Source of the DNA: Clostridia bacterium
GTDB lineage: Bacteria; Bacillota; Clostridia; Christensenellales; UMGS416
Length of the DNA: 64,000 bases
Direction: 5' to 3'
NCBI GenBank assembly: GCA_016938675.1
Contig: JAFGUF010000001.1
Coordinates: 134,249-198,248, forward strand
The position numbers were made by a program, and so were the translations under genes. Within the stretch, counting starts at the first letter, position 1, and each line of letters opens with the position of its first letter. This document shows positions 8,389 through 16,980 of this stretch, piece by piece. A model generated the notes under the pieces. It worked only from the letters and a program-made list of their open reading frames with translations. It made no database searches and had not been told where the DNA came from.

Positions 8389-9255
8389 ATGATTAAAATT
8401 ATTACCGACTCAACTTCATATATTCCTGTGGAGTTAGTACAAAAATATGACATCACAGTACTTTCGCACCGCATCACAATGGACGGCAGGGAATATCCTG
8501 AAACACAGCTCACAAATTTAAGCTTCTTTAAGAAAATCAGCCAGCTTGATGAACTACCGGTTTCTAATCCACCGACTTACGACACTATTCTTGAAGCATT
8601 TGATCAGGAAGTTAACGCGGGCAATCATGTAATCGGCGTTTTTATATCCGACCAAATAAGTGAAACAGTGTCCAGAGCCAATAAGGCAAAAGATTTTATA
8701 ATGAAGAAAAATCCAAGGGCGAAAATTGCAGTTATTGATTCAAAGAGCACATGTATGGCTTTGGGGATTGTCGCGCTTACAGCAGCCGAAAAGAATGAAC
8801 AAGGCGCATGGCTTGAAGACGTAGTTGACGCGGCAAACTCAGCAGTTGCTCGCAACAGGATACTATTCGCTCCAAAAAAGCTTGACCAAATGGCAAAGAG
8901 CGGTAAAATCGGAAAGGCTCAGGCCTTGCTTGGAAACTTAATGCAGATGATTCCGTTGCTTACAACAGTAAACGGCGAGATTGCTCCGCTAGAAACCATA
9001 AGAACGCGAAGCAGGGCAATTGACAGAATGCTTGAAATAATGAAACAAGACGTTGACACTCTAGGAATCAATAAAGTCGTTGTTACTCATATAGACGATA
9101 TTGATGAAGCAATAATATTGTCAAATAAGATTAAAAAGGATTTCAATATTGACGCAGAGATTTCAGAGATTGGTCCAGCGGTAGGGGTATCAGTAGGGCC
9201 GGGGACTATCGGACTGATTTACAACACAATGGATGCTTTTCCGAAGACTGCATAA
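8389..9255 (+). CDS. DegV family fatty-acid-binding protein
   Basis: MIKIITDSTSYIP N-terminus typical of DegV, with GPAVGVSVGPGTIGL near the C-terminus. The ATG at 8389 follows a GGGGG RBS. The track's longer start at 8311 is unlikely. Confidence 0.88.
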   Translation: MIKIITDSTSYIPVELVQKYDITVLSHRITMDGREYPETQLTNLSFFKKISQLDELPVSNPPTYDTILEAFDQEVNAGNHVIGVFISDQISETVSRANKAKDFIMKKNPRAKIAVIDSKSTCMALGIVALTAAEKNEQGAWLEDVVDAANSAVARNRILFAPKKLDQMAKSGKIGKAQALLGNLMQMIPLLTTVNGEIAPLETIRTRSRAIDRMLEIMKQDVDTLGINKVVVTHIDDIDEAIILSNKIKKDFNIDAEISEIGPAVGVSVGPGTIGLIYNTMDAFPKTA

Positions 9256-9260
9256 AAATG

Positions 9261-9288
9261 AAAAGGGCCGATTAACGGCCCTTTTTTT
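9261..9288. terminator. Bidirectional intrinsic terminator between convergent degV and xylB
   Basis: AAAA-GGGCCG-ATTAA-CGGCCC-TTTTTTT. Confidence 0.8.
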
Positions 9289-9307
9289 GGTACAAACTTA
9301 TGATCCT

Positions 9308-10804
9308 TTAGTCATCAAATCTTTTTTCAAGGTCTGTATACAAGCCCTTGAATGTCTTTAAAATCTTTTCGTATTTTGCAACATTTTCAGCAATAGGCAT
9401 GGTGAGGGTTTCCTCAGTCAGTGACTTTGCCGCTTCCTCAACGCTTGCCCATATGCCTGCACCAACGCCAGCAACAATGGCTCCGCCGTATGCTCCGCCT
9501 TCAGCTGCTCCTGTTAAGGTTTTAACCGGCAAATTGAATATATCGGCCTGTATCTGCCTCCAGAGGGGGCTTTTGCTGCCGCCGCCTGATGATAAAATTT
9601 CTTTTGGCTGCATGTCGGGCTTTGCGTTCTGTATAAGCTCATAGATCTCTTTTAGGCCGAATGTTACACCCTCCATTACTGCACGTGCCATGTCCCCTAA
9701 ATCATGCTGAAGCGCCAGTCCATAGAATACGCCTTTTGCATTTGGGTTTGCATGGGGGCAGCGTTCACCTGTGAGATATGGCAGGAACACAACGCCTCTG
9801 GCGCCAACGCCGCTTTTTTCCGCTCCAGCGTTTATTTCGCTGAATGGGTCTGAGCTGTGCTTATAAAATGTGTTTTTGAACCATTCCAATGAGCCGCCAG
9901 ATGAAAGCTGGCAGCCGAAGGCTGACCATTTGTCTTTTGAATTATTGCAGAAAAACTGGAGCTTGCCTTCTGGATTTTCGCCGAATCCGTCAAGTGACAT
10001 GGCAACGACTCCTGATGTACCGATAATTAAGCCTAGAGTTCCTTCCTTGACTATTCCCATTCCGGTGCTCTGTATTACGGCATCTCCGCCGCCCGCATAC
10101 ACTTTTGTTCCGGCTTTTAATCCTGTTTCCGCGGATGTCGCTTCTGTTACAAAGCCTGCAAGTTCGTCTGATTCAATTGATTTAACAAACATGCCTTTGT
10201 CAAAACCTATCTTCTCAATTAGTTCATAGTTCCAGTCACGTATCTTTACATTAAAAAGCCCTGTGCCTGAAGCATCCGAAACCTCTGTTAATTTTTCACC
10301 GGTAAATAAAAAACGGATATAGTCTTTTGGCATAAAGAACATATTTGTTTTAGCGTAGTTTTCAGGCTCATGCTTTTTCAGCCAAAGCAGCTTGCCGCCT
10401 GTAAAGCCAGTGAGCATTGTATTATTTGAATATGAAACCAGCTCGTCAAGGCCTCCAGCAGCTTCAATGATTTCGTCGCATTCTGCCTGTGTGCGCTGGT
10501 CATTCCACAAGATAGCGTTTCTTACTACATTGTCGCTTTCATCCAGTGCAACAAGGCCGTGCATTTGCCCGGAAAAGCCGAGTGCAATGATATCTGAGTT
10601 ATCTACGCCGCTTTCAGCTACAGCTTTTTTCATAGCCTTTTTTGTGCCGTTCCACCATTCCTGGGGGTCCTGCTCGGACCAGCCATCCTGAGGAATAATG
10701 AGTGGGTAGTTTTCTGTTGCTGAGGACTTTACCTGTCCTTTTTCGTCAATTATTATGCATTTTACGCCCGAAGTTCCTACATCAATTCCTGCTATATATT
10801 TCAT
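9308..10804 (-). CDS. xylB: Xylulokinase / FGGY-family carbohydrate kinase
   Basis: 498 aa. IGIDVGTSGVK N-terminus, FGGY family signatures, and a length and profile typical of XylB. RBS AAGGTGGTG. Confidence 0.85.
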   Translation of the reverse strand: MKYIAGIDVGTSGVKCIIIDEKGQVKSSATENYPLIIPQDGWSEQDPQEWWNGTKKAMKKAVAESGVDNSDIIALGFSGQMHGLVALDESDNVVRNAILWNDQRTQAECDEIIEAAGGLDELVSYSNNTMLTGFTGGKLLWLKKHEPENYAKTNMFFMPKDYIRFLFTGEKLTEVSDASGTGLFNVKIRDWNYELIEKIGFDKGMFVKSIESDELAGFVTEATSAETGLKAGTKVYAGGGDAVIQSTGMGIVKEGTLGLIIGTSGVVAMSLDGFGENPEGKLQFFCNNSKDKWSAFGCQLSSGGSLEWFKNTFYKHSSDPFSEINAGAEKSGVGARGVVFLPYLTGERCPHANPNAKGVFYGLALQHDLGDMARAVMEGVTFGLKEIYELIQNAKPDMQPKEILSSGGGSKSPLWRQIQADIFNLPVKTLTGAAEGGAYGGAIVAGVGAGIWASVEEAAKSLTEETLTMPIAENVAKYEKILKTFKGLYTDLEKRFDD

Positions 10805-10822
10805 GCCGCACCACCTTCTTAG

Positions 10823-11845
10823 TTAATTAAAGTTGTATTTTAATTTAATTTCGTTCTTAGTATATGTTTTTTTGCCTGTTGTCATTCGCTTTGTCATTAT
10901 GCAGCTAAAGAGCTCCTTTATGCACTGATAGCCTTGCTCAAAAGGCTGCTGGCATATTGTTGCATCAATTATACCGCTTTTTATCAGTTCAATTCTGCCT
11001 GGCGAAGTATCGCATGTGACTATTACAAAATCATCAATTCTGCCGCTTTCTTTTAATGCCTGAATGCCTCCGTCTACGCCTGCAGCCGCGAAATAGAACC
11101 GACTTAGGGAGCTGTCACTCTCAACAGCCCTTTTTACAAGATCGTATGAAAGAGTATCTTTGTCCTTGTTTTCAACTGTATCAATAATTGAAAGGGCAGG
11201 GTATTCCGCATTTATTACGTCAATGAAACCTTTCACACGCTGATTATGTCCATATACAGAGTGAGAGCCGGTAATCACTAGAATGTTGCCGCTGCCTTTT
11301 GAAAACAGGCCCATCATGGCTCCAGCTGTCTGTCCGGATTTATAATAGTTACATCCGATATAGTCTATACTGTGTTCTCCTTCAACATCCGTGTTGAGCG
11401 CGATGATCGGAAGGTCTTTTATACTTTCTAGCTTTTTTATTATTCTCTCGTCATTAATCGGAGTAATCGCAAGGGCGTTGATACCGGAGTTAATCAGTTC
11501 ATCTATCTTTGCGAGTTCCTGCTCAACATTGAATCCATCTATTTTCTTGATCAAAACAGAAATTCCGAATTCAGCTATTTCGTCTTTCGCGGAGTTTATG
11601 CCGTCTATTACATCGTTGAAGAATTCATTGCTCTCAGAGTAGATTATGACTCCGATGGATAGGTTCTGCTGAGACATTGCCAGCGACTTGGCCGCGAGAT
11701 TAGGCTTATAACCGTAGTCTTTAGCGATTTTTAGTATTTTTGCCTCAATTTCAGGGTTTACTCCGCCGCGGGAATTAAGCGCCCTGTCAACAGTGCCTCT
11801 GGATACCTCCGCAAGCTCCGCTATTTGTTTTATCGTTATTGCCAA
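10823..11845 (-). CDS. LacI family transcriptional regulator
   Basis: 340 aa. N-terminal HTH (TIKQIAELAEVSRGTVDRALN) and a periplasmic-binding-protein-like sugar-binding core. TTG start. Confidence 0.88.
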   Translation of the reverse strand: MAITIKQIAELAEVSRGTVDRALNSRGGVNPEIEAKILKIAKDYGYKPNLAAKSLAMSQQNLSIGVIIYSESNEFFNDVIDGINSAKDEIAEFGISVLIKKIDGFNVEQELAKIDELINSGINALAITPINDERIIKKLESIKDLPIIALNTDVEGEHSIDYIGCNYYKSGQTAGAMMGLFSKGSGNILVITGSHSVYGHNQRVKGFIDVINAEYPALSIIDTVENKDKDTLSYDLVKRAVESDSSLSRFYFAAAGVDGGIQALKESGRIDDFVIVTCDTSPGRIELIKSGIIDATICQQPFEQGYQCIKELFSCIMTKRMTTGKKTYTKNEIKLKYNFN

Positions 11846-11971
11846 TTGAATACCTCTTTGCCTGATTCATCGCTTTGCGTGTCCGTGCACGATATCAGAT
11901 ACAATAATTATATCAAAATGATTTGTAATGTCAAAGTGTTTTAAATAGTAAATTTTTCACCAGGCTAAATA

Positions 11972-12000
11972 ATATGAAAAGCCGCCAGTTACGGCGGCTG
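11972..12000 (-). terminator. Intrinsic terminator after plsY
   Basis: AGCCGCC / GGCGGCT stem followed on the minus strand by TTTTC. Confidence 0.65.
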
Positions 12001-12013
12001 AAATTTTCATGTG

Positions 12014-12676
12014 TCATTCTTGTTTTGCTTTATCTTTCTTGTGGAAAAGAGGTTTCTCTTCTCCCTTGAAAAGCCTTATGATGTTTTCCCTGTGAAGGAA
12101 CAAAATCAATGCTCCAAGGCATGTGAGGAATATTCTGTGCTGTAAGGTGTAATTTTCTGTAAAGCAATTAGCCAAAGGAAATATCCATGCGGCTATAGGG
12201 TAGAGCAAAAATACTGTGATTGAGGCTGTCGATACATAGCGCGTAATCACTATTGATAAAATTGCTGCTACTATCATCATTCCTGCAAGCAGCGGGTTAA
12301 ACGCCAGAAGTATCCCTGCGCTTGATGCTACACATTTTCCGCCCTTGAAATGAGAGAATATCGGGAAAGCGTGGCCTAATACAACGCCGCTTGCGGCGCA
12401 TATCATTGCAAGTTCAGGGTCAACTGTGCCCAGCTTCATCGCAATGAATTTAGCGAGCAGAGTGGGCAGCAAACCTTTAAGCAAATCTAAAATAAAATTA
12501 ATAATTCCGAATTTTGCTCCCATTACCCTGAAAACATTCGTTGAGCCGGCGTTGTTGCTGCCTTTTGTCCTTATGTCATACCCGGCATATTTTCGCGAAA
12601 TAAATACTGCCGGAGAAAAAGAACCGATGAAATAGCAGATTACTGCAATCAGGATGAATATCCATACATGTTCCAT
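12014..12676 (-). CDS. plsY: Glycerol-3-phosphate acyltransferase PlsY
   Basis: 220 aa polytopic membrane protein. GSGNxGxTN-like motif (GSNNAGSTNVFR) and HxFP (GHAFPIF). Confidence 0.9.
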   Translation of the reverse strand: MEHVWIFILIAVICYFIGSFSPAVFISRKYAGYDIRTKGSNNAGSTNVFRVMGAKFGIINFILDLLKGLLPTLLAKFIAMKLGTVDPELAMICAASGVVLGHAFPIFSHFKGGKCVASSAGILLAFNPLLAGMMIVAAILSIVITRYVSTASITVFLLYPIAAWIFPLANCFTENYTLQHRIFLTCLGALILFLHRENIIRLFKGEEKPLFHKKDKAKQE

Positions 12677-14001
12677 TATTCCTGTCCTCCTCTTGTTCTT
12701 GGTGTAATTTTTATTGGTGTACCTGTAAAATCAAATGATTTACGCAAATGGTTCTCTAGGTATCTTTCATACGATTTCGGCATCAGCTCACAGTCATTAA
12801 CGAAGAATATAAAGTGCGGCGGCGCTTCCCCTACCTGTGTGGCATAGAGTATATTGAGCTTTCTGCCTTTGCTGGTAGGCGGTGACACCATCATCACAGC
12901 GTCGTCAATTGCATCATTAAGCATTCCTGTCGATATATGCAAATGGCTTTTTTCATTAACTTCATTCACAAGCTCAAGCACCTTATGTACCCTTTGCCCT
13001 GTCAGGCATGATATAAACTGCATTGGAGCGTAATCAATAAAATACAGTGTTGAAAAAATATTGTTTTTGAATTCCTCTGCTGTCTTGGTGTCTTTTTCAA
13101 TAAGATCCCATTTATTTACGACGACTATGCATGCCTTGCCCATCTCTGCAACGTAGCCTGCTATTCTTGCGTCCTGCTCGCTGACGCCCTGTTCCGCATC
13201 CAGCACAATTATTGCAACATCGCATCGGCGAACAGCTGTAAGCGCCCTGATAACAGAATACCTCTCTAGAGATGCATCCTCAATTTTCGCCTTTTTTCTC
13301 ATACCGGCTGTGTCAATTATAATGTAGTCTTTGCCGTCGGCACTGAAAAACGTATCAATGGCGTCTCTAGTTGTTCCGGGTATGTCGCTGACTATAACTC
13401 GGTTGTCGCCTGTTATGGCATTGACCAGTGAGGACTTTCCTGCGTTTGGCTTTCCGACAATTGCTATCTTTATTGTGTCCGATTTTTCATCTTCTATTAG
13501 TTCATCTGGAATCTCGGCAATAACTGCATCCAAAAGGTCGCCAAGGCCCATGCCCTGAACAGATGAAACAGGATAGGGAGTGCCCATGCCAAGCTCATAA
13601 AACTCGTACATCAATTCCTGATAGTTAATGTGGTCAACTTTATTTACGGCCAATACGACCGGTTTTTTGCTTCTGCGTAATAAATCAGCTACTTCATGGT
13701 CGGCTGCTACCAGCCCGTCCTTGGCATCTGTAAAGAATATGATAACGTCTGCTGTCTCCATAGCCAGTTCAGCCTGCCTGCGCATCTGAGAGAGCAGTAC
13801 ATCCTCTGTGTTTACTTCTATGCCGCCTGTATCTATTAGAGTGAATTCATTATTCTGCCATTTTGCGTCTGCGTAAATCCTGTCCCTTGTTACGCCCGGT
13901 ATATCTTCAACAATAGCTATTCTACGGCCGACAATTCTATTAAAAAACGTAGATTTACCTACGTTTGGCCTTCCGACTATTGCTACTAATGGTTTTGCCA
14001 T
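12676..14001 (-). CDS. der: Ribosome-biogenesis GTPase Der (EngA)
   Basis: 441 aa. Two tandem GTPase domains (GRPNVGKST and GKPNAGKSS P-loops) plus a KH-like C-terminus. Confidence 0.95.
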   Translation of the reverse strand: MAKPLVAIVGRPNVGKSTFFNRIVGRRIAIVEDIPGVTRDRIYADAKWQNNEFTLIDTGGIEVNTEDVLLSQMRRQAELAMETADVIIFFTDAKDGLVAADHEVADLLRRSKKPVVLAVNKVDHINYQELMYEFYELGMGTPYPVSSVQGMGLGDLLDAVIAEIPDELIEDEKSDTIKIAIVGKPNAGKSSLVNAITGDNRVIVSDIPGTTRDAIDTFFSADGKDYIIIDTAGMRKKAKIEDASLERYSVIRALTAVRRCDVAIIVLDAEQGVSEQDARIAGYVAEMGKACIVVVNKWDLIEKDTKTAEEFKNNIFSTLYFIDYAPMQFISCLTGQRVHKVLELVNEVNEKSHLHISTGMLNDAIDDAVMMVSPPTSKGRKLNILYATQVGEAPPHFIFFVNDCELMPKSYERYLENHLRKSFDFTGTPIKITPRTRGGQE

Positions 14002-14004
14002 TTT

Positions 14005-15336
14005 TTATCCTTTCGCTGCGCCTTCTATGATCGATTCTATCATGGCGTAGCCGTCAATTTCTTGTACAATTGCTTTAGCGCCCAATGACTGCTCTACATA
14101 CTCAATATCAGTATTGTCAAGGAATACATTTCCTCCGTCTTTCAGCGTGCTTGCGGGCACAATTATAACATCACATTCAATATTTTTCAACTGGTTTACT
14201 ATGTCCCTGCCGCACAAGAGCCCCGCAACAGTAATGCTATCACCAAAATGATTATTGAGAATTTTCACTACATTTACATTCAAATTTTCAGCCTTGCTTA
14301 TAATCAAGTCAATCATACTCTTAATTTCTGTATATGCAGATACACCTGTTACAGAAACAATTTTTATATCTGTATCTATGCATGCTATCTCTTTTTCGTA
14401 TACCGTGAGTGCGTCATTAAATTCAGATTTCAGTTCGCTGAACATTCCAACGCCGTTGCTTAGCTGTGGGTAATGCTCACCCGTTTTAAAAATGGGGTAG
14501 GGCAGGCTTGCCTTGCTGTAGAATTCATCGGAAGCAAAAACAAAATTAATCCCTTTGTCCTTCTGATAAATTTTATTGTATGCTTCTATTTTCTTTATAA
14601 TCTCTTTTGCTTTATCCTCATTCACCGCTTCAAGCTTTGGCAGGCTGTCCCTGTGCCCTGATAGCCCCACCGGAACAACAGCAAGCGAGCGTACGTAAGG
14701 ATATAGTCCGTAGAGGTATTCAATTGTCTCGTCCAAAACTTTGCCGTCATTTATGCCGGGGCATAGAACAACCTGTGTATGCATAATTATGTTGTTCTCG
14801 GCAAGATAAGTAAGCTGCTGTTTTATTCGGTCAGCTTTTTTGCTTAGCATTAGGTTTTTTCTTGCCTCGCCGTCTATCGCATGCACCGAGATATAAAGCG
14901 GTGAAGCCTGCCTTTTTACAATCCTTTCGAGTTCCTTATCGGATATATTAGTAAGCGTCACATAATTACCGAAGAGCACGCTGTACCGCCAGTCATCATC
15001 CTTTATATAAAGACTTTCGCGCATGCCCCTTGGCAATTGATCCACAAAACAGAAAAGGCAGTTATTGACGCATTGCCTATCAGCAGGATACATATTTTCT
15101 TCATACTCTATTCCGAGAGGCTCTGTGGGTTCTTTCTCAATGATGGCTGTGTGCTTTTTATCTTTTCTCAAAAAAGATATTTCAAGATTGCTTAATGAGT
15201 TGAAATAGTTGTCGTCGATGAAATCCAGCACAGGTTCGCCGTTTATAGATTCTACAATATCTCCATGCTTTAGCCCGGACTTTTTAGCAGGAGAATTTTT
15301 ATATAATGATTTAATTTTTTTATTTGCAGTATTCAT
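14005..15336 (-). CDS. PDZ-domain / DUF512 radical-SAM-like protein
   Basis: 443 aa. N-terminal PDZ-like segment (GLKHGDIVESINGEPV) and a CxxxCxxC cluster (CVNNCLFC). Its position upstream of der is conserved in Clostridia. Confidence 0.75.
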   Translation of the reverse strand: MNTANKKIKSLYKNSPAKKSGLKHGDIVESINGEPVLDFIDDNYFNSLSNLEISFLRKDKKHTAIIEKEPTEPLGIEYEENMYPADRQCVNNCLFCFVDQLPRGMRESLYIKDDDWRYSVLFGNYVTLTNISDKELERIVKRQASPLYISVHAIDGEARKNLMLSKKADRIKQQLTYLAENNIIMHTQVVLCPGINDGKVLDETIEYLYGLYPYVRSLAVVPVGLSGHRDSLPKLEAVNEDKAKEIIKKIEAYNKIYQKDKGINFVFASDEFYSKASLPYPIFKTGEHYPQLSNGVGMFSELKSEFNDALTVYEKEIACIDTDIKIVSVTGVSAYTEIKSMIDLIISKAENLNVNVVKILNNHFGDSITVAGLLCGRDIVNQLKNIECDVIIVPASTLKDGGNVFLDNTDIEYVEQSLGAKAIVQEIDGYAMIESIIEGAAKG

Positions 15337-15462
15337 TAGTACTCCTAATTAAGTATACGTAATTATACTTTATAATTAATAATTTAACAATTTATTATTT
15401 ATTCATTTCTCGAATTACATGTTATAATGAATCAAATATTTATAAATTTGAGGTTAAACAAA

Positions 15463-15756
15463 ATGAACGAAAATGAAAATGATAATCAGATAACATTATA
15501 TGATGATGACGGCAATGAGCTGAACATGGAGATACTCGAATACTTTCTTCTGAAAGGCCAGGAATATGTGATGCTCACAGATATGGACACAGAACCAGCA
15601 GAAGGCGATATAGACATATTTTTAATGCAAGTCAATATCCTTGATGACGAAATGGAGGAGTTTGTGCCTATTGACCCGGAGAAAGAAGACGAGGTATATG
15701 CGTTTGCAGAAAAGCTTGTGAGCGGAGAAATAGAAAACCCCGACGAATTTTATTAA
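15463..15756 (+). CDS. DUF1292 family protein
   Basis: Acidic small protein with ITLYDDDGNELNMEILEYF...GQEYVML, typical of DUF1292. The ATG at 15463 follows a GAGG RBS. Confidence 0.7.
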   Translation: MNENENDNQITLYDDDGNELNMEILEYFLLKGQEYVMLTDMDTEPAEGDIDIFLMQVNILDDEMEEFVPIDPEKEDEVYAFAEKLVSGEIENPDEFY

Positions 15757-15765
15757 TTTCACGTA

Positions 15766-15794
15766 TTGACCTACCCGGTCATTTTTGAGATAAT
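15766..15794 (+). promoter_or_regulatory. TetR gene promoter (TTGACC-17-GATAAT) with an overlapping palindromic operator TGACC-N5-GGTCA (15767-15781)
   Basis: Read directly. The -10 ends 8 nt before the ATG at 15803 and no SD is present, which suggests a leaderless mRNA. Confidence 0.5.
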
Positions 15795-15802
15795 GAAGCT
15801 GC

Positions 15803-16426
15803 ATGAACGACATTATTAAAAATATACCGGAAAGTAAGCGAGACAGAATATTAAACAGTGCTTTTGAAGAATTCAGCAGGTACGGCTTTAGCAATACCTC
15901 AACAAACAACATAGTTGTTAATGCTGACATATCAAAGGGGCTTTTGTATCATTACTTTGGAAGCAAAGATAAGCTTTATGAGGTTCTTAAGGAACTCGCG
16001 GCTGAGCTTGCTTTCAGGGACACTGTCGATGAAATTAACTGGAACGAATCAGACATATATAGAAGGGTAAAACAATACTACAAAATAAAGATTCGAATTG
16101 CAAAGCAATACCCTTATCTGTTCCGGTTTATTGATTCTGTACGCTATGAGATGGGTGAAAGCGCTCTGGATGAATATATATCTACTATTTCGCCGGCACT
16201 ATATAAAAATCTATTAACTTACAATGTTGATTTCACAAAATTTGATGACTCGATAGACATAAGAAAATCAGTCAATATAATACAATGGACAATAGAGAGA
16301 TATGTAGACAAGGCAATTGAAGATATTATACATTTCGACATTATAGATGAAGATAAAATATGGCAGCAGGTTGATGCATATATTGTTATATTGAAACACG
16401 CATTTTATAAAAAGGGATATGTGTAG
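15803..16426 (+). CDS. TetR/AcrR family transcriptional regulator
   Basis: 207 aa. N-terminal HTH (ILNSAFEEFSRYGFSNTSTNNIVVNADISKGLLYHYF). Confidence 0.88.
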   Translation: MNDIIKNIPESKRDRILNSAFEEFSRYGFSNTSTNNIVVNADISKGLLYHYFGSKDKLYEVLKELAAELAFRDTVDEINWNESDIYRRVKQYYKIKIRIAKQYPYLFRFIDSVRYEMGESALDEYISTISPALYKNLLTYNVDFTKFDDSIDIRKSVNIIQWTIERYVDKAIEDIIHFDIIDEDKIWQQVDAYIVILKHAFYKKGYV

Positions 16427-16475
16427 GTTTATATTTAATCATTGACAATTACGCTTATTTTATTATAATGTACAT

Positions 16476-16712
16476 AAGAAAATATTGGCTGTGAAAAAGA
16501 GGAGTAAATACCAGTACACTTATCAGAGAGGCCGGGAATGGTGCGATCCGGCTTAAGCAGAGGTATTGAAGGTCGCTTTTGAGCCTCCGTGGTGAACTAA
16601 AGTAGCTTCGGACGTTGTCCGCGTTAAAGACAAATGAGTGTGCAGCATTTATGCTGCGAATCAAGGTGGTACCGCGAACCGCTTCGTCCTTGTGATGGAG
16701 TGGTTTTTTTGT
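16476..16712 (+). promoter_or_regulatory. T-box riboswitch leader (probable Val specifier) controlling the small ORF, valS and folC
   Basis: Promoter TTGACA-16-TATAAT (16442-16469). Stem I AG bulge AGAGAG and distal loop GGGAATGGTGCGA. Specifier-loop candidate GAA-G-GUC-G. Canonical T-box AATCAAGGTGGTACCGCG (16658-16676). Terminator ending in T7 (about 16676-16710). Confidence 0.92.
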
Positions 16713-16734
16713 ACACAGAAAAGGAAGATGTGAT

Positions 16735-16935
16735 ATGAATTTCAATGTAGACGGAGGTTATTGGAAACTGGGGCTTATGCTTTTGGGTGCTTTGCTTGCC
16801 TATGGAGCTGGCTTCATTTCTGCAAAGTTAGTCGCAGAGGATGAGGCAAAAAGAACAAAAGTAAAACTTGCGCTGAAGGCTGCAGGCTTTGTGCTTGTTC
16901 TTGCGGCAGCAATCCTGATTATGTTCTTGGATTGA
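16735..16935 (+). CDS. Small two-TM membrane protein (66 aa) located between the T-box and valS
   Basis: RBS AAAGGAAG 7 nt before the ATG. Two hydrophobic helices flank a charged loop (AEDEAKRTKVK). Confidence 0.55.
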   Translation: MNFNVDGGYWKLGLMLLGALLAYGAGFISAKLVAEDEAKRTKVKLALKAAGFVLVLAAAILIMFLD

Positions 16936-16980
16936 TTTTAACAGAAGGGCAAAAGCTTTAGCAATATAAAAGGAGATTTT

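Noticed and set aside
16455-16745. A 96-aa minus-strand ORF.
   Set aside because: It overlaps the valS T-box leader, whose conserved T-box sequence, AG bulge and terminator are on the + strand. It is not coding.
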